From Camelus ferus (Eukaryota): a DNA stretch of 64,000 bases. Below the pieces are notes generated by a model that saw only the letters and a list, made by a program, of their open reading frames with translations, did no database searches and was not told the DNA's origin. The stretch lies in the NCBI RefSeq assembly GCF_009834535.1, contig NC_045697.1, forward strand, positions 104,224,001 through 104,288,000, read 5' to 3'. Position numbers and translations under genes: made by a program. This document shows, in pieces, positions 26,096 through 39,544 of the stretch; position 1 is the first letter of the stretch, and each line of letters begins with the position of its first letter.

Positions 26096-27782
26096 GAAGA
26101 AGGTCAAGGATTAACTGATGCTAATAGAAATGTACACACAGATAGTCCAGACCAAACAGGGCAATATCCCAGCTGAAGTCTGCATATCATTACGACAGTG
26201 TGGGAAGGTATGCTTTCCTGGGAAGGACATAAACCCTTTTGTTTGCAATGTAACTTAATAGCTCACATCTTGTCTGCTAGCTGCATTGACTGTGGTAAGA
26301 ACTACACGCCACAAGAAGACTTTATAATGGCAGCATGAACCACAAAGATGATGTTTATTTCATATCTAAGCCAATAAGCTCACTGCAGTATTGCATAGCT
26401 CTTCATCTTTCTCCATATTATATTAGGCTGATCCTTTCAGCAGGAGTTTTAATGCGTTGTAAACCTCTTTGGTGGCAAGCTTTAAAAGCATTTAATAAAA
26501 CAAACGTAGAGGAAACATCATCAATGAGCAAGGTTTGCCTTAATGATTCTTTTACCTGTTTATCATTACCTCCTGCTTCCTAGAGATGATGGATCAGCCG
26601 TTCTACAAATCAAGCTGAAGAAAAAAAATTGAGACTTTTTGGAGCCAAAGGCCCTTCATCCCTGCAGGATGGGGCCGCCTGCTAGCCTTCCATAATGGGC
26701 AGGTTGTGGTTGATTGTGTTTCCTTGAAGGGACTTTCTGGAAGGAATTTTATGGCCATAGGCTTTGTGTGAGCATTAAGCAATCCGTGGCATGTGTGGGA
26801 AGAGAAAGCATTTGCCCCAAAAGCTATGACTTCAATTTTCCTTCCTACTCACTGCCCAGGACTTGACAGTCTCCATTACACCCAACACCTCTTTGGAGAA
26901 AGCACTGGAAAAGCATTAGGTCACATTTATTCAGAGGACATGCAACTCAGGCAGTCTTGGGTGAAAGCCTGAACTTCCCTGCTCACTAAATCGCTGAGGT
27001 GGAGAGATCTAACCTGAATGGAAGAATTTAGGAAAAATACTTCTGCTCCCTGAAGAGGGGCTGGCCTTGCTTTGAGGGTATCTGGGGAGCGGATGCTGGT
27101 AGCCATCCTTGCTCTCACTGGGCCCAGTCCTTCCCTTTGGTAAACACACATTTCTGCAGACAGAGGCATTCTGTTGACTTCCACTGGAAAGAACTACAAG
27201 CCAAGGTGAAGCAGAACTAAATGGAGCAAATGGAAATAGAACTCATGGGATAACCTGCCACTTTACGGAAGTAAATATGACAAACTTAGACCCATAGGAA
27301 ACCGTTTTATGGCAAAGAGTTTGTCCTTTCAAAGGAAGGACTGGGCATTTTATTTTTCAAAATGAAACCTTAGTTTAGTGAAACTATTGCCAGATGCCTG
27401 GTGGACATGATTTTATCCGTGGGGACTTCATGGTGCTCTCTCATGGAAAGAAAAATTAAGCTTCAATAAATAAAAAAACTTTAAATTCCATGTTGGTAAA
27501 ATTATTCTTACATTCTAGTTCTCATCAAGGACTAATATATATATAACACTTGAAGTTTTTCCATTAAATTGTTTCTGAGTTATGAGTGACAAAAACAAAT
27601 AAGTTGGAACAAATTGGAGGGAAAAAAATGAAAAGACAGAGTGCTCACATCCCTTAGCTAGAAAGTACGTTATTTACATCTCTGTAAATTCTCTAAACAC
27701 CCTCTCCCACCCCCATGCAGTTTTGGGGAATGCTATTATTTACAAGTTTTAGGCAGAAAACCTTTTAACTTCAGCGTTTACT

Positions 27783-28030
27783 CTAATTCAACAAATATGT
27801 GACCCTACTAAGGGCAAAAATGTGTATTAAGCACACAGAACATGTGATTGTGATACAGCATCTGGATTTTTTCTTTAGAAAAGAGCAAGCTTTATGTAAT
27901 GAGGAATAATGACTATTTAAGTTTTGGAAATGTTAACTTTGAAATGTCTGCAGAGGAGGGAAGATGTTTATCAGGCAGCTGGGAATTTGGCCAGTAAGCA
28001 GGTGAAACTGGGCATATTGGAGTGAGAGTC
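27783..28030 (-). mobile_element. L2 fragments
   Basis: aattcaacaaatat...; agttttggaaatgttaactttgaaatgtctg...aggcagctgg. Confidence 0.5.
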
Positions 28031-28089
28031 TCACATGTCACATGATGTCATAATACAAAATAGGTTTCCAGGAAAAATGAATTAAATTA

Positions 28090-28803
28090 ATTAAATTTTA
28101 ACACACATTTAAAATTGTTTTAAGTTTAAGGTGTACAGGACAATGGTTTGATTTCACACACGTTGTGACATGATTACCACAATCGATTTAGTTAATATCC
28201 ATCACCTCATACAGCTAAAAGAAAAGAAAATATCTCCTTGTAATGAGAACTCTTCGGATCTACTCTTTTAACAACTTTCTTATGTTCGATACAACAGTGT
28301 TAACTGTAGTCATCATGTCGTACATTACATCTCTAGTCCTTATTTGTTTTAGAACTGGAAGTTTGTACCTTTTGACCACCTTCCTCCAGTTTCCCCTTCT
28401 CTATCTCCCACCTCTAGTAACCACAATCTGATTTCTTTTACTACAAGTTTGGTGTGGATTCTTTTTGTTGTTGGTGGTGGTGGTTTTTGACTCCATGTAT
28501 AAGTGAGGTCATACAGTATTTGTCTTTCTTTATCTGACTTACTTCACTTAGTATAATGCCTTCAGGGTCCATCAATGTTGTCACAAGTGGCAGGATTTCC
28601 TCCTTTTTAGGGCTGAAATATATATAAATAAATAAACTCACAACTTCCTTATTTCTTCATTTAGATTGTTTCTGTGGCTTGGTGATTGTAAATGATACTG
28701 CTATGAATGTGGGAGTGCAGATATCTTTTTGGAGATAGTGGGGTTTTTTTTTGTTTTTTTGGATACACTCCTAGAAGTTGAATTGTTGGATTATATAGTA
28801 GTA
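28090..28803 (-). mobile_element. L1MA9-like 3' end
   Basis: aagtttaaggtgtaca...atgattaccacaatc...aactggaagtttgtaccttttgacc...ctgacttacttcacttagtataatgcc...ggatacactcctagaagt. Confidence 0.88.
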
Positions 28804-31707
28804 AACATACTTTCCCCTGAAGCATTGCACAATGCGTATGTTCAGTCCTCCGCACTGCCAGCCCGCTAAAGGTAGGGCTCAGGGAACTACATGAACTGTT
28901 CGAGGCCACCTATCCAGGACCATGAGGAATGGCATCAGGCCCAAGAGCACAGCAGTGCTTGGGAAGGAGTCAAGGGAGGAGTGGGGAGCTGGGCTACAGA
29001 ATTGGTGAGGACGAATTTTCTGAAGCATTGGTAAGTATCAGAGAATTTTCACATAAAGAGTAAAAAATTTTTAAAAAGAAAGAAAGGCAGCAAAGTGGGA
29101 ACTGGTTACTAACCTATTTAAACTTAGTCATTTTTTTTTGACCCTTAAAAATATTTCCTCTCTGAAATTCAGTCGGAAGTCTTTTCTAAAGTTGGGACTT
29201 GTGCTGTGGTCCAAATAACTTAAACAGGACTTTGCTAGTATTCTTCTTTTAAAAACAGGCTATTTCATTCTTGCCCTTTTGTACTCTGTCAAAGCTCTCA
29301 CCTGCAAAGGGCCCTTTTTTCCCTGCCCAGAGTATACACCAAGTCAGATCCCCAAGAACCTTTGAGCACCTACAGGAGTCATCGAGCCAAGTGAGGCAGG
29401 AAAGACTAGACATTCGCTATGTCAATTATGATATTCTGGTAACATGATATCTTGGCATCCCTTTCTCATTACACTGCTGGTGATGAGCTGACAGAATGAA
29501 GTTATATGGGAAAAGCACAAAAGCCTGCAGTGCAAATGGATTTAGTTACAAGTTCTTGGGATGGAAAGAGTTGCTTTGCAAGATGCCTCCCACGGAAGGA
29601 AAACAGCTCTGTTGGCTGCTGATTTGGGTAGCGGTGAACACGGTCAGCTAGGGTTCACTATCACCGTGAGTGGGAATCTCTGACTTCAATATCTGTGGCC
29701 CATTTTCCTTTATCCTTTCTGTAGACTACTCTTCTTCTTTTTTATTTTTTGCAAAACAAACCAGTTTATCTTAAGAGTTTAAGAGTGTCTTTATAGGCAT
29801 CGATTAGTTTAAATATCACAGCTCATTCCCTTCCCTTCAGCACCAAGAAAATTGATGTGATGGCCTGTCTTAAGTTGGTTTCCTCTACTGGTCTTTTATT
29901 TGACAAGACACTGTTGGCAAAGTAATGACAAAGGCTCATCAATATGCTACTTTTCATCTGCCTGACACTGAAATCAATGGCCTGCAGAAGAAGTTCCTCT
30001 ATCAGCATTGTCAGAAATGATCACTGTGCTGGACAGAGCATGCTCCCTGATTTCTCTAAGCACTCATTCATTCCTGAAAGCTTTCTCGTGGCTGTTACAA
30101 CAATGACCCTGCTTAGAGGTCAGAGGTAAAGATGCTGCACAATCAAAGGGGGCTCAGTAAGTCTGGAAAAGGGAGACTCTCTCAGAGTGTGTGATGATAT
30201 AATGGTCTGCAGAGCCGGCCCTTGGGAGAAATCACATTCTCCATCTCTGGGACATGTGACCTGCAGGATATGTGTTTGTGGGCCTGGAAGCCCTAATTTG
30301 TCATAAGTGACAGCTGGGATTAGAGGGTTACACTCAGCACCAAGGAAAGAATTTACCCAAGCAAAAGTGGTTGGATTGGCATCATCAATTTTATGAAGAA
30401 AATTTAAAGAATTCATCAAAAAAATTTAAATAGTAAAATATAGATATAATTATATAAATATTTTGTTATGATTAGCAAATAAGAAGAATTCAGTAGAAAA
30501 GAACCAATTTGCCAGGGGTTTTCTTTTAACATATTTAGATAATTTTCATTTATCGATTATAACAAGAATTATCACATAGAACACTGAATTCCACTAGCAA
30601 TCGAAAACCTCAAAAATTAGGTTTCCCTGACTTGGAAGCTGCTGGGCTTGTTGTTTTTCTAAAAGAATAATGCCCTGGGGACCCACAGCCTTTGCTTGCA
30701 AGTCTAACCCGAGGTAGAAGAAAAATTGAAGACCACTAATTTCAGAGAGTGACATCCAAATTACTCTGACTGGTGAATGTCTAAATCATCAGGGCCGTTC
30801 ATTGTTCTCTGCCTCAAGAGATACAAAAAAATCATGTCCTAAAAGGCAAGAAATTCTTTCCCTCAAAAAATCTTTGTTAAATTTTGCCTATCTAAAGTGC
30901 GATTTCTTTTGTTCTTCACATTCGCCAGTAGTTATAGACATTCTCCCCCCAGAAAACAATTGCTTATTCTAAAGTAGCAATATTATATTTCCCCCCTCCT
31001 CTCTCTGTTCTCATCAATGGTGAGATTCTATAAGGGAAGACTACATAGTTAAAATCCTGGGAAGCTGTGAAGATACAAAAGTATGTCGGTAAGTAATAAG
31101 TTCAGTGACAACTGTCAAGAATTCCTCTGAGAAGGCAGGTAGTGTTCTCTTCAATGGCATCTTACTAATGGGGTGGCCAAGAAAAAAATGGGTGCTGTAA
31201 GGGAAACCCTACAAGAACACTGATCACAGTGCCAGGGGCCAGGGTATATCCTTAGAGGTAAATATCCTATAAGACCCCAAAAAGAATAGTCAAAACATGG
31301 CTAAAAATCTCAAAGGAGGAGGGAAAGAGAAACTACAGCACATATCAGGTCTAAGGACAGAAGCAAGACCTCAAATGGGTCAAGTGATCAGAGTTAAAGG
31401 AATTGGCATTGTCAGGAAATGAAGTAGAAGATGAGTTCACTGTTTATAAGATTAAAGGCAAGGGATTCACCTCAATGTAGCAGTGAAAGGAGGATAAAAA
31501 TTAGAAGGAATTTAATATTTGACTATAAGTCAGGCATTAAGTCAAGTAAGCATTAATTTCCCCTCCTGGCTAGCAGGACAATAACCAAGAATTCAATGAC
31601 CTGAAAACCTTGATGTTGCTTCCATGATTGTGTAAATTACTCCCAGAGACAATTTATGCAAGACAAAAACACTTGCTGTCACCCAAAGCCACTGCTTTGC
31701 TAATAGC

Positions 31708-31860
31708 CAGGGCTGGCTTCACTGGCGATCTCACGGGGCCCAAGTTTGGAAGGGCCCAGAACTTGGTTTAACACTCTGTTGTCGTGTTGTCCATCTTAAA
31801 ATTCTCAATGTTTTCAACAAGAGGCCTCATATTTTTATTTCACACTGAGTTCCACAGATC
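31708..31860 (+). mobile_element. MER45A-like hAT-Tip100 MITE
   Basis: cagggctggcttca...gaagggccc...cttggtttaa...cttaaaattct...aacaagaggcc...ttttatttcacactg. Confidence 0.75.
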
Positions 31861-32067
31861 CCCAAACTTATTCTCCCTCCTCCAAGTGGCCAGGTCCTCC
31901 TGGAGAGTCTGGGCCCCTCTGTAGCCTAGAGGACACTTTTATCCATCTGAGCCACACACATTAGTCTCACTCCAATTGCCAGGAAGCTAGTTTAGATCTA
32001 CCAGCTCTAATGGCATCTTGTAGATCTATTTAGGTCTGTACAGGTCTATAAGGTGCCATTCAAACAA

Positions 32068-32545
32068 GTTGTGGTCTATATACACAATGGAATACTACTC
32101 CGTCAAAAATGAATGAAATAATGCCACTTGCAGCAACATGGATGGACCTAGAAATTATCATACTAAGTGAAGTAAGTCAGACAGAGAAAGACAAGTATCA
32201 TATGATATCACTTATATGTGGAATCTAAAAAATGACACAAATCAATATATTTACAAAACAGAAACAGACATGGAAAACAAATTTATGATTACCAAGGGGA
32301 AAGGGGAGAGGGAAGGATAAATTAAGAGTTTGGGATTGGCAGATACTAATTACTTTACATAAACTAGATTAACAACAAAGTCCAACTGTATAGCACAGGG
32401 AATTATATTCAATATCTTGTAATAACCTATAATGAAAAAGAATATAAAACAGAATATATACATATATATATAACTGAATCACTATGCTGTACACCAGAAA
32501 CTAACACAACATTGTAAATCAACTATATTCAGTTTAAAAAAAAAA
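32068..32545 (+). mobile_element. Young L1 3' fragment with poly(A) and perfect 18-bp TSD
   Basis: aaggtgccattcaaacaa at 32050-32067 and 32546-32563; L1 ORF2 end and 3' UTR (gcagcaacatggatggacctag...aatcaactatattc) between them. Confidence 0.95.
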
Positions 32546-32684
32546 AAGGTGCCATTCAAACAAATGAGAACCAAGAAGTAAACTGGGAAGTTTCTGGAAA
32601 ACCTTGCCTCAAACTTAAAAGGGACACGAGAGGAATGTTCCTTTTGTTCTGATCCCAGGATACTGATGAGGGAGGCTCCCAAGG

Positions 32685-33490
32685 TACACCCTGAATCCGA
32701 CCACTTCTTCCCCCAACTACTGTAACCCAGTCGCCTCTCGCTGGGGCTATTTAAGTCCAACAGCCTATAAGCACACGCCATATTTCCACTCTTATCCCTC
32801 CACAGTCCATTCTCCATGAAGCAGGCAGAATGTATTCTTTACAAACAAATCATGCCACCTACCTGCTCAAAACTCTCCCCAAACTTCCCACCTTATGATA
32901 AAATTCAAGATTCTATCCATGGCCAATAAGGCCCTTAGGATCTATGTGCTTACCTTGGGGACCTCTTGCCCTATAAATCCTCTCCCTTTTCACTACTTCC
33001 CAGCCACACTGGCCTCCTTGCTGTTTTGCAAACATGTCCACCATGCCCCTACCTTAGGGGCTTTGAGCTGACTTGGAAGACCTTCCCTGAAATTCCCATA
33101 CTCTCTTCCATCTTTCATTCAGGCATTTCCTTGTAGCCAAAGAAGACTCCTCAGACAAGCATTTAGAAAGTCACAGCCCCTCCACCATCTTCTAGTACCA
33201 AGCCAGCTTGATCGCCCTTCACTTTCAACTACTGGAAGTATCATATATTTATTCCCTCGCCTTCACTTCTCCTTGATTTCAGTTCCCATTAGAATGTAAA
33301 TTTGATAAAGGCAGAGAGTCTTACCTGATAATATGGACAAAGGCATCTCTTAGCTAATGATATAGCAGGAGATCTATCTGGACACTTATAGACAACTTAT
33401 TCCACTGGGTCCACCTAATCCTATCATATCCCCAGTACCTAGAACCTTGGCACATAATACTCACTGGATAAATAACTGCTGAATAAATGG
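32685..33490 (+). mobile_element. L2a 3' region
   Basis: gaatccgaccacttct...ctgctcaaaac...cagccacactggcctccttgctgtt...tatccccagtacctagaac...tgctgaataaatg. Confidence 0.85.
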
Positions 33491-33509
33491 GTAAATATTA
33501 TGTCTACAG

Positions 33510-33726
33510 CTGCTAGAGTCATCCTGTGATGCTAAAGGAATTTCTTGACTTGTAGTGGAAGTCAGAGCAGGAAGGACCCAGATCCACTGTGGAGTCCCTG
33601 AGCTGTGGGGTCCATCAGCCAAGCACAGCCTACCTCCCACATGTCATGTGAGACAGTAAGACAGTTTAAGTCATTTTAATTTGAATTTGCTGCTTACTTA
33701 CAGTGAAGAGTGTCCTAACTGATACA
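33510..33726 (+). mobile_element. MLT1 LTR 3' portion
   Basis: gcctacctcc...tcatgtgaga...gtttaagtca...cctaactgataca terminus. Confidence 0.6.
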
Positions 33727-34589
33727 TAATTCTAATCTTCTAGAAAATTTTGACATTTACCATTCTGGAAAATATCATTCTAGAACATTTTTTTCTTTCC
33801 ATTTCTCATATGACCTGGATAAATTCCGTTGAATGGTTTATGACTTGTAGGATTAACTTGATGATACTAATCACATCACCCTTACCTATCGTGAGTCATT
33901 CTCATAGGCATTTGAATTCCCCCATTTAGATAATGAGGCCAAAACAATTTTCTTGTGCAACCAGGCAAAACTGAGTTATAAAATTTACAAAAATGAGCAG
34001 AAGAAATCAACAACAGCAAAACACACAGACACAACAATAGCACAAAGAAAACAAAACAAAAAACACCCAGAAACTTGCATTCCAGAATATTTGTTTTCAA
34101 GCATCTTTTGGATAAAAATGTTTGCAATCTCAGAAACATTCAAGTAGAAAATGCTTCTGGAAGCTGTCTGTCTAAGAGAAAACAATGTATTACAGAGTCT
34201 GCTAAAGTCTAAACCACAGACAGATTTCAACCTTCAGAATACCTGCCACATTCTCAAACATATTGAGTTAATCTTCAAGAATGAATTCCTTCAGTTCCAA
34301 ATATTTCCCTTGGATTCATTGCTAACTAAGTGTGACTATTATTACCACTGGGAATTAGTTCATTTGTTGATTGAGTGCTTACTTTGTGCCAGACTTAAAG
34401 GCACTAGGGAGATGTACAGGAATAAGATATAGCACCTGTTCTCAAGGGTTTCAGCTCAGGGAGAAAGGCCTCTTGAAAGCCTTCACAGCAGTATGTGTCA
34501 TAACAGGCACTATGGTTTTTTCCCAGTTCAGAGGCCTATGGAGTCGACTGCAAACTCCCTCACCCTGCTCTGTGGGTGCAACTGATGGA

Positions 34590-35010
34590 TAACTTCTACT
34601 CCCTCTCATCACTGTTCTCTTCCAACCATTCCATTATATTCATAGATAAATGTGACACCTGCTTCAAACTCTTCATCCTTACCTCAAGTTCTGCCACCAT
34701 CCCAGGCTTCTTGGATGGTCACATGAATAAGCTACCAAACCCCTCAGCCCAAGGACTCATTTCTCTCTCCACGCCTAATGGCAGCTGTCCTCTGTTTCAT
34801 TCACTGACACTTAAGCATCTTAGGCACCTGTTTGACCTGGACTTGCTCTACACACAAACCCTTAGATTCCCATATTCCATTTTCTAGACACAACTTCCTG
34901 TCCTTCATCATTTTCCTCAGGGTCTCTTTCCTGCTAAACTTTCTTCTTTTGGCTTCATAGGGATCTTAAAGCTCTCAATGCCTCCACATTCTCCCAAGTG
35001 ATCAGACTAT
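34590..35010 (+). mobile_element. L2 ORF2 endonuclease-region remnant
   Basis: Pyrimidine-rich tract with degenerate H..LFDL and ..DH-like motifs in ORF 34576-34887, typical of the L2 APE domain. Confidence 0.5.
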
Positions 35011-35113
35011 TTCCAGTTTTACTTTCCTTCTAGACCAGACCTCTTTGTTGATTGCCAACAATTTCTGTAGAATATAAAAGTATAAACAGTTCTGGGGATA
35101 GATCATCAAAGGG

Positions 35114-35115
<2 letters not shown>

Positions 35116-35182
<67 letters not shown>

Positions 35183-35248
35183 AGACAGATGGGCAAAGAC
35201 AGAGACAGAAGGAGACAGACAGAGAGAAGAAAGAGAGAGAAAGAGAGA
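35116..35248. repeat. (TG)n(AG)n compound microsatellite followed by a GA-rich tract
   Basis: Direct. Confidence 0.95.
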
Positions 35249-35779
35249 TCTAGTAGAATGCTAATGGTTACGTTAATTGGGCCTCTCTAGTCCTGTTCAG
35301 TTTATTTCAGAATTTAATAGTTACTATTCTCACCTAAAATTTTGGTCGAATCACTCATTTGCTTATAATTCTTCAACTGTCCCCATCAGTTATAGACATG
35401 AGTTCAAGCTCCGGAGACTGGCGCCCCGGGCTGGTAATAATTTGATCTTGTCTACCCCTCCAGGATCATTTACGAGTACTTCGGACCTCTCACATTATGG
35501 AAAATTTGAAGGCTTTCTGCTTTTGGATCTTCTTCTGCCTACAATCTTTTTTCTTTATGTAATCCTTTAAGGAGGTCCTTCTTACCCCCTTCTCCTGGTG
35601 AACTCCTAAACATCCTTCACAATTCATTGAAAACCTGATACCACGTTGGTATTCTTCACAGATTCCCATGGATGGAATTTTTGAGTCCTGTCTTTTAGAC
35701 ACTTCTTTACCACGTACACGTTTCTGCAATTGTACCATTTTTTATTTTTACTTTTTCCCCATGTATCTTCAAAATAGTG

Positions 35780-35901
35780 TAGAGTTTTCCAATCTCAGCA
35801 CGGGTGAAGTATTCTGAATTCCAGTAGCACCTCTCCAAGTTGTGACAACCAAAAATGTCTCCAGATGTTGCCACATGCCCCCCAGTTATAGTATAAGCCA
35901 C
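35780..35901 (-). mobile_element. MER20-like hAT-Charlie fragment
   Basis: ccagtagcacc...agttgtgacaaccaaaaatgtctccaga..ttgcca. Confidence 0.75.
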
Positions 35902-36243
35902 TCCAGCTGCTGGCCTTGTCTTTTTCACATTATTAAACTCAAAAACTAGCAGAGTGCCTGGCCCAAACATATGCTCAGCCAGTGTTTAATGAATTGATCT
36001 GAACCACAGAAAGTTATGACAGCTCCAGCAAGATGCCACAGACAGCACGGATAATGTCAATAGTATTCTTTCAGTTATCCCTAAATAAAGATATTTTCTA
36101 GTTAAAAATGATGTTTCACTACTAAGGACAAAGGCATTCTGGGTTTTATTTTTCCCTAAAAGCAAAGGGCATACAGAAAAAAGTTCTCTGAGCACTACAG
36201 CCCAAGGCCTTTTTTAGGGGGTAGGGGGACTGTATAGTTCTTT

Positions 36244-36526
36244 TTTCCTATTAATTCTTATTTTTTATTAAAGTGTAGTCGATTTACAATGTTAGTTTCA
36301 GGTGTATAGAAAAGTGATTCAGTTATACTTATACATACATATATTTTCTTTCAGTTTCTTTTCCATTATAGCTTATTACAAGAAATCAAGTGTAGTTCCC
36401 TGTTCTATTCAGTAGGTCCTTGTTGTTTATCTATTTTATATATAGTAATGTGTATCTATTAATCCTCAACTCCTAATCTGTCCCCCACACCCTTTCCTCC
36501 ATGTTAACCACAGTTTGTTTTCTATG
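36244..36526 (-). mobile_element. Young L1 3' fragment (outer element of a nested pair)
   Basis: L1 3' UTR; TSD gactgtatag(t/c)tcttt at 36228-36243 and 37508-37523. Confidence 0.9.
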
Positions 36527-36541
36527 TGAAGACACGTTATT

Positions 36542-37476
36542 ATTATTATTTTTTTGATCTGGGATATATTTATCCTTCTTTAATTTATTGACATGTAGTC
36601 AGTTACAATGTTTAAATTTCTGGTGTACAGCATTATGTTTCAGTCATGCATATACATACATATATTCATTTTCATTACGTTTCATTATAGGTTACTATAA
36701 GATATTGAATATAGTCCCCTGCGCTATACAGAAGAAATTTATTTTAATCTATTTTATATAGTAGTTAATATTAGCAATTCCCGAACTCCTAATTTATCCC
36801 TTCCCACCCCCTCACCCCTGGTAACCATAGGTGTGTTTACTATGTCTGTGAGTCTGTTTCTGTTTTGTAGATAAGTTCTTTAGTGTCTTTTTTCTTCTTC
36901 TTCTTCTTCTTTTAGATTCCATGTATGAGTGATATATGGTATTTTTCTTTCTCTTTCTGGCTTACTTCACTTAGAATGACGAACTCCAGATCTGTTCATG
37001 TTGCTGCAAATGGCATTATTTTATTTTTTTTATGGCTGAGTAGTATTCCATTGTATAAATATATCACAGCTTTTTTATCCAGTCATCTGTTGATGGATAT
37101 TTAGGATGTTTCCATGTCTTCGCTATTGTAAATAGTGCTGCTATGAGCATTGGGGTGCATGTATATTTTTGAAATTGAGTTCCCTCCAGATACATGCCCA
37201 GGAGTGGGTTTGCTGAATCATATGCTAAGTCTATTTTTAGTATTTTTGAGAAATCTCCATAATGTTGTCTATAATGGCTGCACCAAACTACCTTCCCACC
37301 AACAGTGTAGGAGGGTTCCCTCTCTCCACACCCTTTCCATCAATTAAGTTTGTGGACTTATTAATGATGGCCATTCTGACTGGTGTGAGGTGATACCTCA
37401 ATGTGGCTTTGGTTTGCATTTCTCTGATAATTAGTGATATTGAGCATTTTTTCATGGGTCTATTGGCCATTTGTAT
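36542..37476 (-). mobile_element. Young L1 (ORF2 C-terminus plus 3' UTR), inner element of a nested pair
   Basis: [38 protein letters not shown] in ORF 37288-37497; TSD tgaagacac(g/a)ttatt at 36527-36541 and 37477-37491. Confidence 0.95.
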
Positions 37477-38350
37477 TGAAGACACATTATTGAGCAAAAG
37501 CAGGTTTGACTGTATAGCTCTTTAAGGGAGCTTGCAGGTTCCCTCCCCACCTGTCTGCTTCCTCATCCTCTTTCTTTTTCTTTTGGGGCCCTTCCTGTTC
37601 ACCCCTACCTCCCCAGTGGCCTCTTTCCCTGATTCTCCTCCTTCCATAGCACCAGAGTAGGGCCCTGCAGTGGGCACCTGCAGCTGCTCAGAACCAATCC
37701 CCAGCGAAGGTGAAGGCTCTGGTGGCTGACCGCCAGGTCCATTGTCTGTCTGCTTCCCGTGCCAGGGCATTTGGCTCCTGTTTACTGGGCTTTTATCTGC
37801 ATTTATCTTTTCAACCAAATGAATTTAAATTATGTCTTTATCTTTTACTACTGAGGCAGCCGAAATCTCCTTTCTGTCTTAATATGACTTCCTAGTACAG
37901 CCCATTTGCTTCTCTAAGAGAGGGTTATAAATACTGTGAAATGGGAAATGGACCACTTCTAGGAAAGCTACGTGCGTAGAGCTGGGCATGTGTGGGAAGG
38001 GCTCAGACTTCCCAGCACCACAGGGTGGGACTCCAAGAGGTTATTTTATATTTAAAACCAAAGGTAATTTAAGCGCTTTTCTCCCACCTGCCAGAAGGCC
38101 TTGTGGTCTTCTGTTTGCATAGTAAATGACAGAAAAGCAAAGAGGCTCTGCAAAACTCAGCATGGTAATACCAACTGGAGATTTTTTTTGTTTTTTAACT
38201 TAAAACACCTGTACAAATCAGAAGATCAGAAGACACCATTTCAACAGAGCAGTGCTGTCTTCACTCAACCGTGTTTGCCTTTTGCTTTCTCTGCCTTGGG
38301 CTTTGGGGAAATACAAAGCATTGTTTTGGGGCTCTTATGTTTAAACAATT

Positions 38351-38782
38351 ATGGTGGACATCATAGGTTGGCTCCCTCAATATCCATTCCCAGCACTCTT
38401 CTCCCTTGTCCCACCTCTAACTTAGAAACTGGCAAAACAGAACATTCTTTTTCCCAGCTTCCCCTGAAGCTCGCACAGGCTTGTCACATGTTTTTGCCCA
38501 ATAGGACAGAAAAAACAATTTTGCTGGGGGATTTTAGGAAAGTGTCTGCTTTCTTGACATAAAAACCGGATGTTTCTTATGCTGCCCCTCTCCACTTTCT
38601 CCACTTCTTGGAATGTGGACATGTTCCTGGAGCTGCATCCCTCATTCTGAGGCTGTAAAGCATGTCTTCTGCCAGGAGGCAGCACCACCATTCTGCTATG
38701 TGAGAAAAACAAACCTGTCCTGCTAAATCTTGTAGACAACTGTTCTGTTGTTTGCTGCCAAAAAGCATTTATCATGAAAATA
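38351..38782 (+). mobile_element. MLT1J-like MaLR solo LTR
   Basis: tttcccagcttcccctgaagct...ggaatgtggacatg..cctggagctgca...tatgtgagaaaaacaaacc. Confidence 0.65.
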
Positions 38783-39011
38783 GCTGTGTTTCTACTCTGA
38801 TCAAGTCACCATGCAAATAAATGTTTATTATATCCTTTCTCTTTTCCCTATTCACCAAAAATCCATCAGGATCCAATGTGGTTAGTCCACAATCTACCTG
38901 GCACTAAGCATTAATCTAAGCCAACAATGCTGTTATAGCTCAAGCTGGTTCCAGAAGACAGGATGAAAATCTACATCGTAAGTCTTCAGATGTCTGGATG
39001 CCTGGCTTTTT

Positions 39012-39248
39012 ATAGCAAACATTTATTTAATTCTTACTACATACTAAGCGCTCTTTAAGTGCTGCTGTAAATGAATTAACTCACGACATGTTCATAAGAA
39101 CCCAGTGAGGTAGGCACCAACTTCATACTCATTTAAAGATGAGGCAATGAAGACACAGAGTAACTAATTCAAAGTTACCCAGTTAATAAGCAGTAGAATG
39201 TTATGATCTATGTGGCCCAGACTTCCTGAACCTACAGAGTACACACCC
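39012..39248 (-). mobile_element. MIR SINE
   Basis: atagcaaacatttatt...aacccagtgaggtaggcac...catttaaagatgagg. Confidence 0.75.
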
Positions 39249-39544
39249 TGAAGAGTAGGAGCCTTGAAGAAAAAAACATCGCCATCTAGGTATTTTGGCA
39301 AATAGATGAATCCCATTCGCATCTTTGGGAGAATATCAGAGTTACTACTGTGTAAGATAAAACCAGCTATAAAGGGAAAGATGACTCTGCCCACATCAGT
39401 CAGAAGAAGTGTCCATTTAAATGAAATAATATTACAAACGAAGATAAATAAGAATAAGCACTAAATTTCTTTCTGGGCTTTCCATGTGTCAGGTGCTTGG
39501 TGAATTATTTGTACAGATCTTTTCACTGAATCCCCCCACAATAC

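Noticed and set aside
28817..29030. 11-bp direct repeat ctgaagcattg flanking ~200 bp as a TSD
   Set aside because: No tail or element body, and an 11-mer recurring within a few hundred bp is expected by chance in 64 kb.
30333..30353. REST/RE1-like site CTCAGCACCAAGGAAAG (plus a half-site at ~29836)
   Set aside because: The right half lacks the key C of GGACAG and the 3' GCC; too weak to call.
38101..38775. 153-aa and 117-aa ORFs
   Set aside because: They run through an MLT1 LTR and show no protein-like features.
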